64,000 nucleotides of DNA from a virus, in IMG/VR virus record IMGVR_UViG_3300030387_000070, one strand, 5' to 3'. How positions within the stretch are numbered: the first letter of the stretch is position 1; each line of letters starts with the position of its first letter. The notes beneath the pieces were generated by a model. It was not told the origin of the DNA, searched no databases, and saw nothing but the letters and a program-made list of their open reading frames with translations. Positions 42,314-52,168 of the stretch are shown in pieces. The position numbers were made by a program, and so were the translations under genes.

Positions 42314-42549
42314 ATGATTTTAAAAAACTAGCTATCCCAAAGAAAGAACGACTTGAAGTTCAACTTACGGATGGCACAGAAGAGCACAATATATTGTACA
42401 TAATCACATCTCTAGCCACTATTAAAGGTGCTGAGATTTTTAAAAATTTTCGTTTGTATTCTGTAGGCTCCGCCGGGGAGCTCAACTTATTAGAGAAGCG
42501 AGACGGCGATCCCTACTTTGATAAGCTGAAAGGAACAGAATATGAGTAA
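42310..42549 (+). CDS. hypothetical protein
   Basis: Track ORF with an ATGA overlap. Confidence 0.45.
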   Translation: MNDFKKLAIPKKERLEVQLTDGTEEHNILYIITSLATIKGAEIFKNFRLYSVGSAGELNLLEKRDGDPYFDKLKGTEYE

Positions 42550-42889
42550 TTCGATGAATCGAGAAGACCGGCGCAGAGAGCAGCGTAAGGCACGAATCCT
42601 TGCCCGGCGAATCAAAAAGGCCGGTGGTCCCGACTTTCTGGCTGGAATGCCCGCAGAGGAATGGGAGCCAAAGATTGGTGATGAGGTCACTATTAAGGTA
42701 AAGAGGATTCAGGGTAAGAAGGATTTCTTCAAGATGAGTCCTCAGTATCAGGACTTTATCAATAGCCTTGAAGACGGAAAGCCTTACAAGATTACCAGTA
42801 CCGGCATGAAGGGTCAGGTTTACGGCATTGACGCACATCCTTATTTCCAGATTTGGAAGGGTGATATGGAACCCTACAAGGAGTCCTAA
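42542..42889 (+). CDS. hypothetical protein (basic N-terminus)
   Basis: Track ORF. Confidence 0.5.
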   Translation: MSNSMNREDRRREQRKARILARRIKKAGGPDFLAGMPAEEWEPKIGDEVTIKVKRIQGKKDFFKMSPQYQDFINSLEDGKPYKITSTGMKGQVYGIDAHPYFQIWKGDMEPYKES

Positions 42890-43134
42890 TGAGGATGTAC
42901 TTCAGGACGGACTATTATGCAGATGTTGGCATAGATGAAGTCGTTCGGCTTCAAAGAGGAACTACATGCGAAGTAGTTTCAGAAACTGAATTTTTTTATT
43001 TTATCGTAACTGATAATGAATCATTCAGGAAAATGTTAAACATTGTCATGATTCCAAAAGAAGACCTTGAAGATGATGTATATGTCGTGACTGGTAAGAG
43101 CGAAAAACTTGAGGAAGGAGGTGGGGTGATATGA
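42889..43134 (+). CDS. hypothetical protein
   Basis: Track ORF with a TAATG overlap. Confidence 0.45.
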   Translation: MRMYFRTDYYADVGIDEVVRLQRGTTCEVVSETEFFYFIVTDNESFRKMLNIVMIPKEDLEDDVYVVTGKSEKLEEGGGVI

Positions 43135-43334
43135 TTGGTATTGACCATCGTGAGCAGGGTCGTAAGAAACGAGCCCTTGCAGAGTATTATAGGACCTTAG
43201 CTCGATATCCTGTCGAGTGTGGAGAGCCGATTACATATCAGTTGTCAGAAGAGCAGCTTAAACAGGTTCTCTGTGGAGAGGTTACTGTTGATGAGTTGAT
43301 TGAAAAAGGTGAGGTAAATGAGAGACAGAATTAA
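43131..43334 (+). CDS. hypothetical protein
   Basis: Track ORF with GGAGGTGGGG upstream. Confidence 0.5.
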   Translation: MIGIDHREQGRKKRALAEYYRTLARYPVECGEPITYQLSEEQLKQVLCGEVTVDELIEKGEVNERQN

Positions 43335-43335
43335 G

Positions 43336-43482
43336 ATGTGGATCGCTTTCATTAAGATTTTTAAGGATTATCTTATTGCGGTCGGAATCATGATTGCGTT
43401 GTGGCTGTTGTCTTGCCTTATCAAATATGGGATTTCAGTATCCAACTTCCCAGATTGGTTTAAGTTTGCACTTCTAAAATAA
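43336..43482 (+). CDS. small membrane protein (48 aa)
   Basis: Hand-found ORF with one hydrophobic helix (LIAVGIMIALWLLSCLI). Confidence 0.35.
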   Translation: MWIAFIKIFKDYLIAVGIMIALWLLSCLIKYGISVSNFPDWFKFALLK

Positions 43483-43493
43483 AGGAGGATTAA

Positions 43494-43718
43494 ATGGTAA
43501 CCGATATTCTTAATAGAGAGATTCATGTTGGCGACACAGTTCTTAGAGCTAGAACTCGAAATGGTCGCGGAGTTCTTTGGAGCATTCGTAAAGTTGTCTC
43601 AATTATGAACGTAATGATTAAAGTTCAAGACGGAAAGTACACAACGAATGTTGCACCCAGGAATTGTATCGTAATTGACGAGAGTGACATTCCTGAAAAC
43701 TGGCAGGACGAATATTAA
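43494..43718 (+). CDS. hypothetical protein
   Basis: Track ORF with AAAGGAGGA upstream. Confidence 0.5.
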   Translation: MVTDILNREIHVGDTVLRARTRNGRGVLWSIRKVVSIMNVMIKVQDGKYTTNVAPRNCIVIDESDIPENWQDEY

Positions 43719-43728
43719 GGAGAGTTGA

Positions 43729-44445
43729 ATGACTGTTGATTTGATCGCGTACACACAGCGAGTTGTTCCTACAAGTGATAAGAATCCTTTAGATATTGTG
43801 GAGGAAGCTGCGAGTATTTGTTACGATTCTTCAATGACTGACGATTATAAGATTGCCAAGGGATGTAAGGCAAGCGGTCACTATTCTGTGCTTGAGCACA
43901 TCAATTTTACGTTTTACGTCAAAGATGTAAGCCGAGCACTTCTGGCGCAGATTAGTCGTCATCGACATATTAGCATGAGCTGCCGCAGCCAGCGTTATTG
44001 CAGCGAGGATGGATTCAAGTATGTGAACCCGTTTACCGGTGAAGATGCTGATGTTTTCGATAATATGATGTCGGACATTGATACCGATTATCAGATTCTC
44101 AAGAAGTATCACAACGCCAAAAACGAAGATGCCCGTGCAGTTCTGCCAAATGCTTGCTGTACAGAGTTTTACATTACGATGAACGCTCGTGCTTTGATTG
44201 AGATGAGTCATCTTCGACTTTGTTCTAGGGCTCAAAAAGAAATCCGCGAGATGTTTACAGAAATGAAGAAGGAAGTTACACAGATTTGTCCTGAAGTAGC
44301 AAACTGGATGGTTCCTTCCTGCGAGGCTAATCCGAAGTATCCGTTCTGCCCAGAGGGTCGTGGTTGCTGTGGCCGTCATCCTCGGTTGGCAGATGTTTAT
44401 AAGCCTATTGAAAAAAACAAGGAGGTTATTGATGCAAACACTTGA
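43729..44445 (+). CDS. thyX: flavin-dependent thymidylate synthase
   Basis: ThyX signature SRHRHISMSCRSQRY (RHRxxSxxxxSxR), plus HYSVLEH. Confidence 0.9.
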   Translation: MTVDLIAYTQRVVPTSDKNPLDIVEEAASICYDSSMTDDYKIAKGCKASGHYSVLEHINFTFYVKDVSRALLAQISRHRHISMSCRSQRYCSEDGFKYVNPFTGEDADVFDNMMSDIDTDYQILKKYHNAKNEDARAVLPNACCTEFYITMNARALIEMSHLRLCSRAQKEIREMFTEMKKEVTQICPEVANWMVPSCEANPKYPFCPEGRGCCGRHPRLADVYKPIEKNKEVIDANT

Positions 44446-44926
44446 CGAAATTAAGAAGAACGTAGACCATCCAGTCCATTACGGCGGTGCAGACAATCCC
44501 TACGAAGCCATTAAAGTGTTGCGAGAGTGGCAGCTGGATAAAGATGCTTACCTTTGGAATGTTGGTAAGTATCTGAGCCGTGCAGGTCACAAAGATGGCA
44601 ATTCTCAGCTTCAAGATTTGACGAAGGCACGTTGGTATTTGGACTATAAAATCCGGCTTTTAGAGGAACAACAGAAGATTACTGAAAGTGTCGTAGATAC
44701 GCTAAAGAAGATTCCTGATGAGGCTAATGATAAGCTGACTACGATGCCGGATTGCGGAGACGTTTATATTCCTACTATTGGAAAGACAGTAAAAGAATGC
44801 GTTCAGTATGTTCCTCGTCATGCAAAGCCTGACTATACGGATGATTTGGTTTTCCGTCCAGAAATCCATGCTCCAAGCATTGAAACTGCCGTGGTTCCTG
44901 ATTGCGCCGATGAAGTCAAGTTTTAA
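44432..44926 (+). CDS. DUF3310-like protein
   Basis: Track ORF 44360-44926 trimmed to ATG 44432, behind AAGGAGG. VDHPVHYGGADNPYEAIKVLREW resembles the DUF3310 core as I recall it. Confidence 0.45.
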   Translation: MQTLDEIKKNVDHPVHYGGADNPYEAIKVLREWQLDKDAYLWNVGKYLSRAGHKDGNSQLQDLTKARWYLDYKIRLLEEQQKITESVVDTLKKIPDEANDKLTTMPDCGDVYIPTIGKTVKECVQYVPRHAKPDYTDDLVFRPEIHAPSIETAVVPDCADEVKF

Positions 44927-44939
44927 GAGGTTTACATAA

Positions 44940-45497
44940 ATGAGATACAACTGGAAGTTACCTATTATCGTTATTTGTGTCGTGCTGATTTCCATTCTTG
45001 GCATGACCTTTATTGTGCAGGGGCCTAAGAACACGGCCATCTCTTATGAAGAGCAGATTCAGGAAGCTAAGTCTGGCATTGAGATTCAGGAGAAGCGCAG
45101 AGCTGATCTGATTCCAAATCTGGTTGAAACCGTCAAGGCTTATGACCAACATGAGTATCAGACTTTGATGGATGTTGTGAATGCTCGTGGCACTTCCGGC
45201 CAGACCGCTCAAGAAATTACGACTCAGATTGCAGCTATTGCGGAAGCATATCCTGAACTGAAGTCTAGCGACAACTACAAGGAGCTTATGAATGAGTTAT
45301 CCGTCACTGAAAATTTGATTGCAAACTATCGTGGCGATTACAATCGCGTCGTGAAGGAATATAAGCAGAGCGTTCGTAAGTTTCCGAACTCCTTTCTGCT
45401 GGGTCTGACTGGATATGAGGTTCAGAATTATGAGTATCTGTCCTATGAGGGGAATGAGGCGGCACCGGCAGTCGGTAACCTTTTTGGAAATCTGTAA
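44940..45497 (+). CDS. lemA: LemA-family membrane protein
   Basis: N-terminal TM helix, then ..QEKRRADLIPNLVETVKAYDQHEYQTLMDVVNAR..AYPELKSSDNYKELMNEL..YNRVVKEYKQSVRKFPN, typical of LemA. Confidence 0.8.
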   Translation: MRYNWKLPIIVICVVLISILGMTFIVQGPKNTAISYEEQIQEAKSGIEIQEKRRADLIPNLVETVKAYDQHEYQTLMDVVNARGTSGQTAQEITTQIAAIAEAYPELKSSDNYKELMNELSVTENLIANYRGDYNRVVKEYKQSVRKFPNSFLLGLTGYEVQNYEYLSYEGNEAAPAVGNLFGNL

Positions 45498-46221
45498 TGC
45501 CGAAATTACTTATCGTGAATTGATCGTCAGTGTTGGTATTGTGTTCATTATGCTGATACTTGGTAGCGTTATCGCTGGAAATATCACCAGAGATTCACTT
45601 GAGCAGAAAAAAGAATATAATACAGCAATTTCGATTGAGTCCGAAAATATGTTCGATTATGGAATGAGAACCAACGTAGGTAATGCTTTTTGCCAAGGCG
45701 CACTAGAAGCAGTAGATACCGTAAGCGATCCACGTATCGACGGTCAGTGGATGTATATCTATTGCGAAGAAAAGCATTACACGATGCATACACGAACTGT
45801 CACTACTACGGATAGCAAAGGCCATACAAAAACAAGAGTCGAAACGTACTGGACTTGGGACTATTACAGCTCAGAAGAGCATAGCTCCAAAAATGTAACG
45901 TTTCTGGGTAAAGAATTTAAGTATGGTGACATCAAAATGCCATCCAGCAAGTACCTGACAACTGTACAAGTCAGTTCTCATGTGAAATTCGAGTTTTATG
46001 TCAAAGATGTTCGTTATGATGGTACATTATACGCGAATTTGAGCGATAAAAGTATACATAATGCACAGTTCATTAAAAACAAAAACATTGAAGAAGCACG
46101 AGATTATATGATTTCTGCAGCTGGTACACGAGTGGTTTGGTTTTATATATTCTGGATCGCATTGATTGTAGCTGTGGTCGGAGTTTTTTATGTGGCCGAA
46201 AATCGTTGGTTGGAAGATTAA
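45484..46221 (+). CDS. membrane protein downstream of LemA (start uncertain)
   Basis: Track ORF 45415-46221. An N-terminal and a C-terminal TM helix (VSVGIVFIMLILGSVIAG and VVWFYIFWIALIVAVVGVFYV). The start was placed after the LemA coding end but is not well supported. Confidence 0.45.
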   Translation: MEICNAEITYRELIVSVGIVFIMLILGSVIAGNITRDSLEQKKEYNTAISIESENMFDYGMRTNVGNAFCQGALEAVDTVSDPRIDGQWMYIYCEEKHYTMHTRTVTTTDSKGHTKTRVETYWTWDYYSSEEHSSKNVTFLGKEFKYGDIKMPSSKYLTTVQVSSHVKFEFYVKDVRYDGTLYANLSDKSIHNAQFIKNKNIEEARDYMISAAGTRVVWFYIFWIALIVAVVGVFYVAENRWLED

Positions 46222-46232
46222 GAGGTGATTGC

Positions 46233-48428
46233 ATGAAATGTGTGATTAAACGCGATGGAACGAAAGTTCCTTTTGATAAGAGTAAGATTGTAAATGCGAT
46301 TGAGAAGGCGATGACGAATACGACTGGGGGAGTTGATTCTCGCGTGTCTAACGCTATTGCAGACTACATCGCAGACATTCCTGATACGATGTCTGTAGAG
46401 CAGATTCAGGATGTGGTTATTGGTCAGTTGAAAAATAGCCCTCTTTCGGATGTGGCTGACGCTTATAGTCACTGGCGTATTCTTCGGCAGGAGATTCGTG
46501 AGAAGCAGCGAGCGTATGGCGAAATTCTCTCCATCTGTGATGTAGATAACGAGAAGGTCAAGCAGGAGAACAGCAACAAAAATCCTGTTGTGAATAGCGT
46601 GCAGCGCGACTATATGGCTGGCGAAGTCTCCAAAGATCTGAGCTTTAATCTGCTTCTCCCGAAAGATATTGTGGATGCTCACTATGATGGCCGAATTCAT
46701 TTCCACGATTCCGACTATTTTGCTCAGCACATGTTTAACTGCTCGTTGGTCAATCTGGAAGATATGTTGCAGAACGGCACTGTGATTTCTGGTACTGGCA
46801 TTGATAAACCCCACAGCTTTTCTACCGCCTGCAACATTGCCACACAGATCATTGCGCAGGTGGCATCCAATCAGTACGGCGGCCAGAGCATTACGTTGTC
46901 TCATCTGGCTCCTTTTGTGGATGTCTCCCGAAAGAAGATTGCGGGTGAAGTCCATGAGGAGTTTTACGACATGATTCAAAACAATGAGATTGATAAAATG
47001 CCAAATCAGGAGACTATCAATCGAATTGTAGAGAAGCGTTTACATAAAGAAATCGTTGCAGGTGTTCAGACTATTCAGTATCAGGTCATTACTTTGATGA
47101 CCACAAACGGGCAGGCTCCTTTTATTACCATTTTTATGTACCTAGATGAAGTTCCTGAAGGCCAGACCCGTGATGACCTTGCAATTATCATTGAAGAAGT
47201 TCTTCGTCAGCGCATTAAAGGTGTGAAAAATGAAACTGGTGCATGGATTACTCCGGCTTTCCCAAAATTGATTTATGTGCTGGAAGAAGACAACATTCGA
47301 GATAATTCTAAGTATTACTATCTGACTGAACTGGCAGCTAAATGTACTGCCAAGAGATTCGTACCTGACTACATTTCTGAGAAGAAGATGTTTGAGTACA
47401 AAGGTGCTTGCTACCCCTGTATGGGATGTCGCAGCTTCCTGACTCCTGATCGAACCACCGAGAATATTTCTGGTGCCATGAATTGGGAGAAGGGCCACAA
47501 GTATTATGGTCGCTTTAATGCCGGTGTTGTCACCATCAATCTGGTAGATGTTGCTTGTAGCTCTAAGAAGGATATTTCTGAGTTTTGGAAAATTTTTGAT
47601 GAGCGTCTTGAACTGTGCCATCGAGCACTTCAGATTCGGTATAAGCGATTGATGGGTACGCCTTCTGATGTTAGTCCAATTCATTTTCAGCATGGTGCAA
47701 TCGCACGTTTGAAGAAGGGCGAGAAGATTGATAAATTGCTGTTTGACGGATATGCAACCATCAGTTTAGGTTACGCAGGTCTGTATGAATGTGTAAAGTA
47801 TATGACCGGTAAGAGCCATACTGATGATAAGGCAAAACCTTTTGCTCTTGAGATTATGCAACATATGAACGACAAGTGCAGTGAGTGGAAGGTAGCAGAA
47901 AATATTGATTACAGTCTCTACGGCACCCCGCTGGAATCCACCACCTACAAGTTCGCCAAGTGCCTGCAAAAGCGGTTTGGCATCATTCCAGATGTAACCG
48001 ACCATGATTACATCACCAATAGCTATCATGTCGTGGTTCGTGAGCATATTGATGCATTCAAGAAGCTGAAGTTTGAGTCTGAGTTTCAGCAGCTGTCTCC
48101 CGGCGGAGCCATCTCGTATATCGAGTGCCCTAATATGACCAACAACATTCCTGCTGTGATGAGTGTCATCAAATACATCTACGACACTATTATCTACGCA
48201 GAGCTGAACATCAAGTCTGATTATTGTCAGGTTTGTGGTTATGACGGCGAGATTAAGATTGTCGAGGACAATGGTAAGCTTGTTTGGGAATGCCCAAATT
48301 GTGGTAATCGAGACCAGAATAAACTGAATGTTGCACGACGTACCTGCGGATTTATTGGGACTCAGTTTTGGAATCAGGGGCGGACGCAAGAGATTCGAGA
48401 TCGAGTAGTTCATCTGAGCGATAACTAA
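46233..48428 (+). CDS. nrdD: anaerobic ribonucleoside-triphosphate reductase
   Basis: Trimmed to ATG 46233, behind AGAGGTGA. ATP-cone N-terminus (VIKRDGTKVPFDKSKIVNAIEKA). C-terminal zinc site (CQVCG...CPNCG) and glycyl-radical tail RRTCGFIG. Confidence 0.9.
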   Translation: MKCVIKRDGTKVPFDKSKIVNAIEKAMTNTTGGVDSRVSNAIADYIADIPDTMSVEQIQDVVIGQLKNSPLSDVADAYSHWRILRQEIREKQRAYGEILSICDVDNEKVKQENSNKNPVVNSVQRDYMAGEVSKDLSFNLLLPKDIVDAHYDGRIHFHDSDYFAQHMFNCSLVNLEDMLQNGTVISGTGIDKPHSFSTACNIATQIIAQVASNQYGGQSITLSHLAPFVDVSRKKIAGEVHEEFYDMIQNNEIDKMPNQETINRIVEKRLHKEIVAGVQTIQYQVITLMTTNGQAPFITIFMYLDEVPEGQTRDDLAIIIEEVLRQRIKGVKNETGAWITPAFPKLIYVLEEDNIRDNSKYYYLTELAAKCTAKRFVPDYISEKKMFEYKGACYPCMGCRSFLTPDRTTENISGAMNWEKGHKYYGRFNAGVVTINLVDVACSSKKDISEFWKIFDERLELCHRALQIRYKRLMGTPSDVSPIHFQHGAIARLKKGEKIDKLLFDGYATISLGYAGLYECVKYMTGKSHTDDKAKPFALEIMQHMNDKCSEWKVAENIDYSLYGTPLESTTYKFAKCLQKRFGIIPDVTDHDYITNSYHVVVREHIDAFKKLKFESEFQQLSPGGAISYIECPNMTNNIPAVMSVIKYIYDTIIYAELNIKSDYCQVCGYDGEIKIVEDNGKLVWECPNCGNRDQNKLNVARRTCGFIGTQFWNQGRTQEIRDRVVHLSDN

Positions 48429-48442
48429 ACAAAGGATGAAAT

Positions 48443-48775
48443 ATGGATACTACACAACAGATTTTAGAGCGAGATTGGGATAATGATTTTGTTAAAAAGA
48501 TGCAGAATCGTATTTTGGTATCTCATTATAAATATGGTTGGATGAATCAGACATATCCAGATTTGGCTCAAGCTGTAAAGGAAATTTATCCAAGAGTCAA
48601 AAAGTATTTAGAGACAGGAAATACAGAATGGCTCATTGATGTTGCTAATTTTGCAATGATTGAATATTTGCATCCTAGCGTTGTTGGAGCGCATTTCAAA
48701 GGAACAGATAGTGAAGAGTCTCCGGGACTGACAAGTGGAATCAGCTACAAAGAACTCGAAGAGAGTATGAAGTAA
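48443..48775 (+). CDS. hypothetical protein
   Basis: Track ORF with AAAGGATGA upstream. Confidence 0.5.
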   Translation: MDTTQQILERDWDNDFVKKMQNRILVSHYKYGWMNQTYPDLAQAVKEIYPRVKKYLETGNTEWLIDVANFAMIEYLHPSVVGAHFKGTDSEESPGLTSGISYKELEESMK

Positions 48776-48899
48776 AATTTGAATATAAGTGGTGGGTTGG
48801 TGGGATTACATATGAAAGAAATCATTGTTTTCTTCGTGATTGTATGGGTTATCGCCTATTACATTCTGAAAGACAACTATAAAGATTAAGGAGATATTT

Positions 48900-49751
48900 A
48901 TGAAGAAATTTATGGCAATTTTTGTTGCATTCCTCGTTGCAGTTGGCGCAGTGCTTTGTACCGAGCGGGTACATACTGGTTATGTTGGTGTTGTTTATTC
49001 CGCGAATGGGGTCGAGCAGCAGACTATTTCTCAGGGCTGGCACTTTATGAGTCCTCTGAAGCATGTATCTGAGTTCCCGATTATTCAGCAGCGAGTGGTA
49101 TTTTCTAACGCTCCGTCTGATTATGGCGCAAAGGAACACGCAGATTGGCACATTGATGCTCCTGCTAATGGTGGTACGATTGCAATCAACTTGACTGTCA
49201 ATTATAACTTCCTGCCGGAGCATGTTGTTGAACTGTATACCAAGTTTGGTGGCATGGATGGTGAGAGCCTGATGGAGAGCAAAATCCAGAACGACATTAT
49301 TGCTTATGTTAAGGAAGTCACTCCTCAGTTCAGTGTCATGCAGATTTATTCTGATGATCGCGCAGGTGTTAATACTGCAATCACCAACTATCTGAATGAG
49401 AAGCTGACCGCAGAGTATGGAATCAATGTCTCTTCTGCGCTGATTGTTGACGCACAGCCTGACGATACCCTGATGCAGAAGATTCGTGCCAAGGAGCAGG
49501 CGAAGCAGGATGCAGAGATTGCAGAGCTGAATAAGCAGACCGCTCTAGCTCAGGCGGAGACTGACAAGGTTAAGGCGCAGACGGAAGCTGACGTTAAGAT
49601 GATTGAAGCACAGGCCGAGGCTGATGCAAATAAGGTGCTTTCCGAGTCTATTACTCCTGAGCTGATCCAGATGAAGGAAGCAGAAGCTCGTCTGAAGCAT
49701 GGTTGGATCACCGTTCAGGGTGCAGATACAGTCGTTACCAAGGGTGAGTAA
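48900..49751 (+). CDS. SPFH / band-7 (prohibitin-like) membrane protein
   Basis: N-terminal TM helix, then GYVGVVYSANGVEQQTISQGWHFMSPL..EFPIIQQ and a C-terminal alanine/glutamine-rich coiled coil. Confidence 0.75.
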   Translation: MKKFMAIFVAFLVAVGAVLCTERVHTGYVGVVYSANGVEQQTISQGWHFMSPLKHVSEFPIIQQRVVFSNAPSDYGAKEHADWHIDAPANGGTIAINLTVNYNFLPEHVVELYTKFGGMDGESLMESKIQNDIIAYVKEVTPQFSVMQIYSDDRAGVNTAITNYLNEKLTAEYGINVSSALIVDAQPDDTLMQKIRAKEQAKQDAEIAELNKQTALAQAETDKVKAQTEADVKMIEAQAEADANKVLSESITPELIQMKEAEARLKHGWITVQGADTVVTKGE

Positions 49752-49784
49752 ATAAGAATTACGATAAAGATTGGAGTCTATAAA

Positions 49785-50045
49785 ATGAAACGAATGTTTG
49801 GCATGATGCCCAGTAGTGAAGTTGAATTGCGTGAAAGTTACAAAGATAATTTTGGACTGACCGTAAGAATTGAAGCTGGCAAGCATGGATGGACTATTAT
49901 GTGGGCAGATGGTGATTCTGATTACAAGGATGTCGATGCAGAATCCGCTATTGAAAATTTTAATGAAGCATTTGAGACTGCACAGAATAGGATTGGAAAA
50001 CTCGTAAAAGTGCGTTGTTGTGGTGAATGTTGCGGTGAGTGCTAA
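49785..50045 (+). CDS. hypothetical protein (C-terminal CCGECCGEC)
   Basis: Track ORF. Confidence 0.5.
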   Translation: MKRMFGMMPSSEVELRESYKDNFGLTVRIEAGKHGWTIMWADGDSDYKDVDAESAIENFNEAFETAQNRIGKLVKVRCCGECCGEC

Positions 50046-50078
50046 GAGGTCTTATAAAATGAAAATTTTTGAAAGAAG

Positions 50079-50306
50079 GTGATTAACATAAACGCATGGA
50101 AGAAATTCTTTAAGGCACTTGGTTCTTTTCTTGGAATTGTTCTTATTCTGGTGGCTACATATTTTATCTCGTGGATTACCACGATCGGTATTATCTGGCT
50201 GATTTTTAAGCTGCTGAATATTACGTTTACCATCAAGGTCGCAACAGGTATTTGGTTGGCACTTATTTTACTTGAATGTTTCATTAAGGGCAATCGAAGT
50301 AAATAA
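50079..50306 (+). CDS. small membrane protein
   Basis: Track ORF with two or three hydrophobic helices. Confidence 0.45.
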   Translation: MININAWKKFFKALGSFLGIVLILVATYFISWITTIGIIWLIFKLLNITFTIKVATGIWLALILLECFIKGNRSK

Positions 50307-50347
50307 ATCAACTAGTAGGGTGGGCGTGGTGGCATGAAAGGAGCTAT

Positions 50348-50524
50348 ATGGATTATTGGTCTGTTGAAGTAATGTATTACGATGACGGGCATCAGGCGTT
50401 CAATACATATATGGTAAAAGCACAGGATCAAAATGACGCCATGAACAAAGCACATCATCGTTTTGAAAAATCTCATCCCGGTACGAGCTGCATGATTCAG
50501 AATGTAGAAAAGGCAGGTGGCTGA
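50348..50524 (+). CDS. hypothetical protein (58 aa)
   Basis: Hand-found ORF (MDYWSVEVMYYDDGHQAFNTYMVKAQDQNDAMNKAHH..) with AAAGGAG upstream. Confidence 0.4.
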   Translation: MDYWSVEVMYYDDGHQAFNTYMVKAQDQNDAMNKAHHRFEKSHPGTSCMIQNVEKAGG

Positions 50525-50525
50525 G

Positions 50526-50738
50526 ATGGAAGACGAAAATATCGTTTATGAAAACATCAATTCAAAAGACGATGATGAAAAATTTGTTCTAGCGCCTTGG
50601 GGTTGCCTTAATTGTGCATTCAAGGATTTCGGTTTAGAACTTCCTAAAATCTCTAGAAAGATGGCAGAAGCTTTAATGGATGATTTCTTTGAAATTATGG
50701 AAATGGCTGGCATTATAGAGAGGGAAAATGAATCTTGA
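50526..50738 (+). CDS. hypothetical protein
   Basis: Track ORF 50517-50738; first ATG is at 50526. Confidence 0.45.
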   Translation: MEDENIVYENINSKDDDEKFVLAPWGCLNCAFKDFGLELPKISRKMAEALMDDFFEIMEMAGIIERENES

Positions 50739-50808
50739 TAAAAGTGCCGTTCTATCGTGAAATTTCATCAAATTTATAACGTAGATATGTTAAATAATAG
50801 GAGGCAAA

Positions 50809-51207
50809 ATGAAGAAGTGGACAGGAAGGCTGCTCAAAGCAGAAGGCTACGAAATCCGAAATGCAGAAATCAGAAATGTTAGTCTTAGTATGGCAGATCA
50901 TGGAGTTTTGACTTCCTATTTGACATTGGATGGTCACGAATGGGGCGTTTGCTATGGCGGCTATGTTCTCGGTAAGGGATATGTCGGGAGTAAGACTTTT
51001 GAAGGATATGCTTCTGGCATGGAGGCCATTATGCGAATCATGGATACTGTTGGTTGCGACAAGTACGAAAGTATGAAAGGCAAGTATGTCCGTGTAGCAA
51101 CCAAGGGATGGGGTAGTACGGTAAAAATTATCGGCAATATTCTTGAGGATAAGTGGTTTGATTATGGATCTTTCTTTGATGACAAAGAGAAAGAGGAGGC
51201 TGGCTAA
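50809..51207 (+). CDS. hypothetical protein
   Basis: Track ORF with TAGGAGG upstream. Confidence 0.55.
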   Translation: MKKWTGRLLKAEGYEIRNAEIRNVSLSMADHGVLTSYLTLDGHEWGVCYGGYVLGKGYVGSKTFEGYASGMEAIMRIMDTVGCDKYESMKGKYVRVATKGWGSTVKIIGNILEDKWFDYGSFFDDKEKEEAG

Positions 51208-51208
51208 T

Positions 51209-51577
51209 ATGGATGCGGATGAGTTCATTATTAACGTAATTGCAAAGAAAAACAACGGAACAATTGAACTTTCTGTTCCTGATGATGTATTCAATCAGGC
51301 TGAACGTATTCTTTTGAAAAACGAACAATGCGTATTCTGCAAGACTCTCCCAGCGGAAGCCTTTGGCAGTGATTCGTGGATTAGCGTAAAAGAAGATTTG
51401 CCCAAAACTAATCCAAAGACTTGTGAAAGCGAGCCTGTTCTTGCTTATGACCCAGAAATGGGGAAGGCGGTAGTATTTTATCACGAGGATGGGCACTGGT
51501 ATGATATTGTTGACCGTAATTGGTGTCGTGTAGAGCCAACTCATTGGATGCTTTTGCCAGATGACCCACAGGAGTAA
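51209..51577 (+). CDS. DUF551-like protein
   Basis: Trimmed to ATG 51209, behind AGGAGG. WISVKEDLPKTNP...VLAYD...HWMLLPDDP is the DUF551 pattern as I recall it. Confidence 0.5.
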   Translation: MDADEFIINVIAKKNNGTIELSVPDDVFNQAERILLKNEQCVFCKTLPAEAFGSDSWISVKEDLPKTNPKTCESEPVLAYDPEMGKAVVFYHEDGHWYDIVDRNWCRVEPTHWMLLPDDPQE

Positions 51578-51582
51578 TTGAC

Positions 51583-51837
51583 ATGGAAAAGAAATACGTA
51601 AAAATCTTTAAATGCCGTGGATGCAATCGCGATATCATTAAAAATGATGTTGATTTATCTATTGCTGAGAAATGGACTCTTTCAGGAATGTTTCAAGATG
51701 GGTGTAAACCCGTTGAAGTGTCTGGCGGTTCTAGGCTCTCTGGACAGAATAAATTCCTGCTTCATCGGTGTGATCCAGAGAAGCTTTGTATTTGTGATTT
51801 CATTGGATGGAAAGAAATCGAGGCTAAAAATGATTAA
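51583..51837 (+). CDS. hypothetical protein
   Basis: Track ORF. Confidence 0.45.
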   Translation: MEKKYVKIFKCRGCNRDIIKNDVDLSIAEKWTLSGMFQDGCKPVEVSGGSRLSGQNKFLLHRCDPEKLCICDFIGWKEIEAKND

Positions 51838-52168
51838 CGATCCTTTTGTAGAAGATGGTATCATTTCCTGCCAGTGCTGTGGAAGTGGTGAATATCTCTT
51901 TAATGAAGATGGTAACCGAAATAACTACTGCGGCCAGTGTGGTTCTAAGATTGACTGGGTAGAAGACGAAGACGGCTGGAAGAGTAAAAATACTGACCTG
52001 CCAAAATATGGAGCGTTGTGTCAAATTAAATATAAAGATGGCCGAGAAGATACGGCTGTTTTAAATTCTTATGTTGGATGGCATACTGAAGGCGTATTTA
52101 ATACACTCAAGGAGCCAGATTATTGGCGTTATTTTACGGAGGATAACGATGAAAAAAGTGACTCTTGA
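51830..52168 (+). CDS. zinc-ribbon plus DUF551-like protein
   Basis: Trimmed to ATG 51830. CQCCG...CGQCG, then W..KNTDLPKYGALCQIKY...YWRYF. Confidence 0.45.
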   Translation: MINDPFVEDGIISCQCCGSGEYLFNEDGNRNNYCGQCGSKIDWVEDEDGWKSKNTDLPKYGALCQIKYKDGREDTAVLNSYVGWHTEGVFNTLKEPDYWRYFTEDNDEKSDS

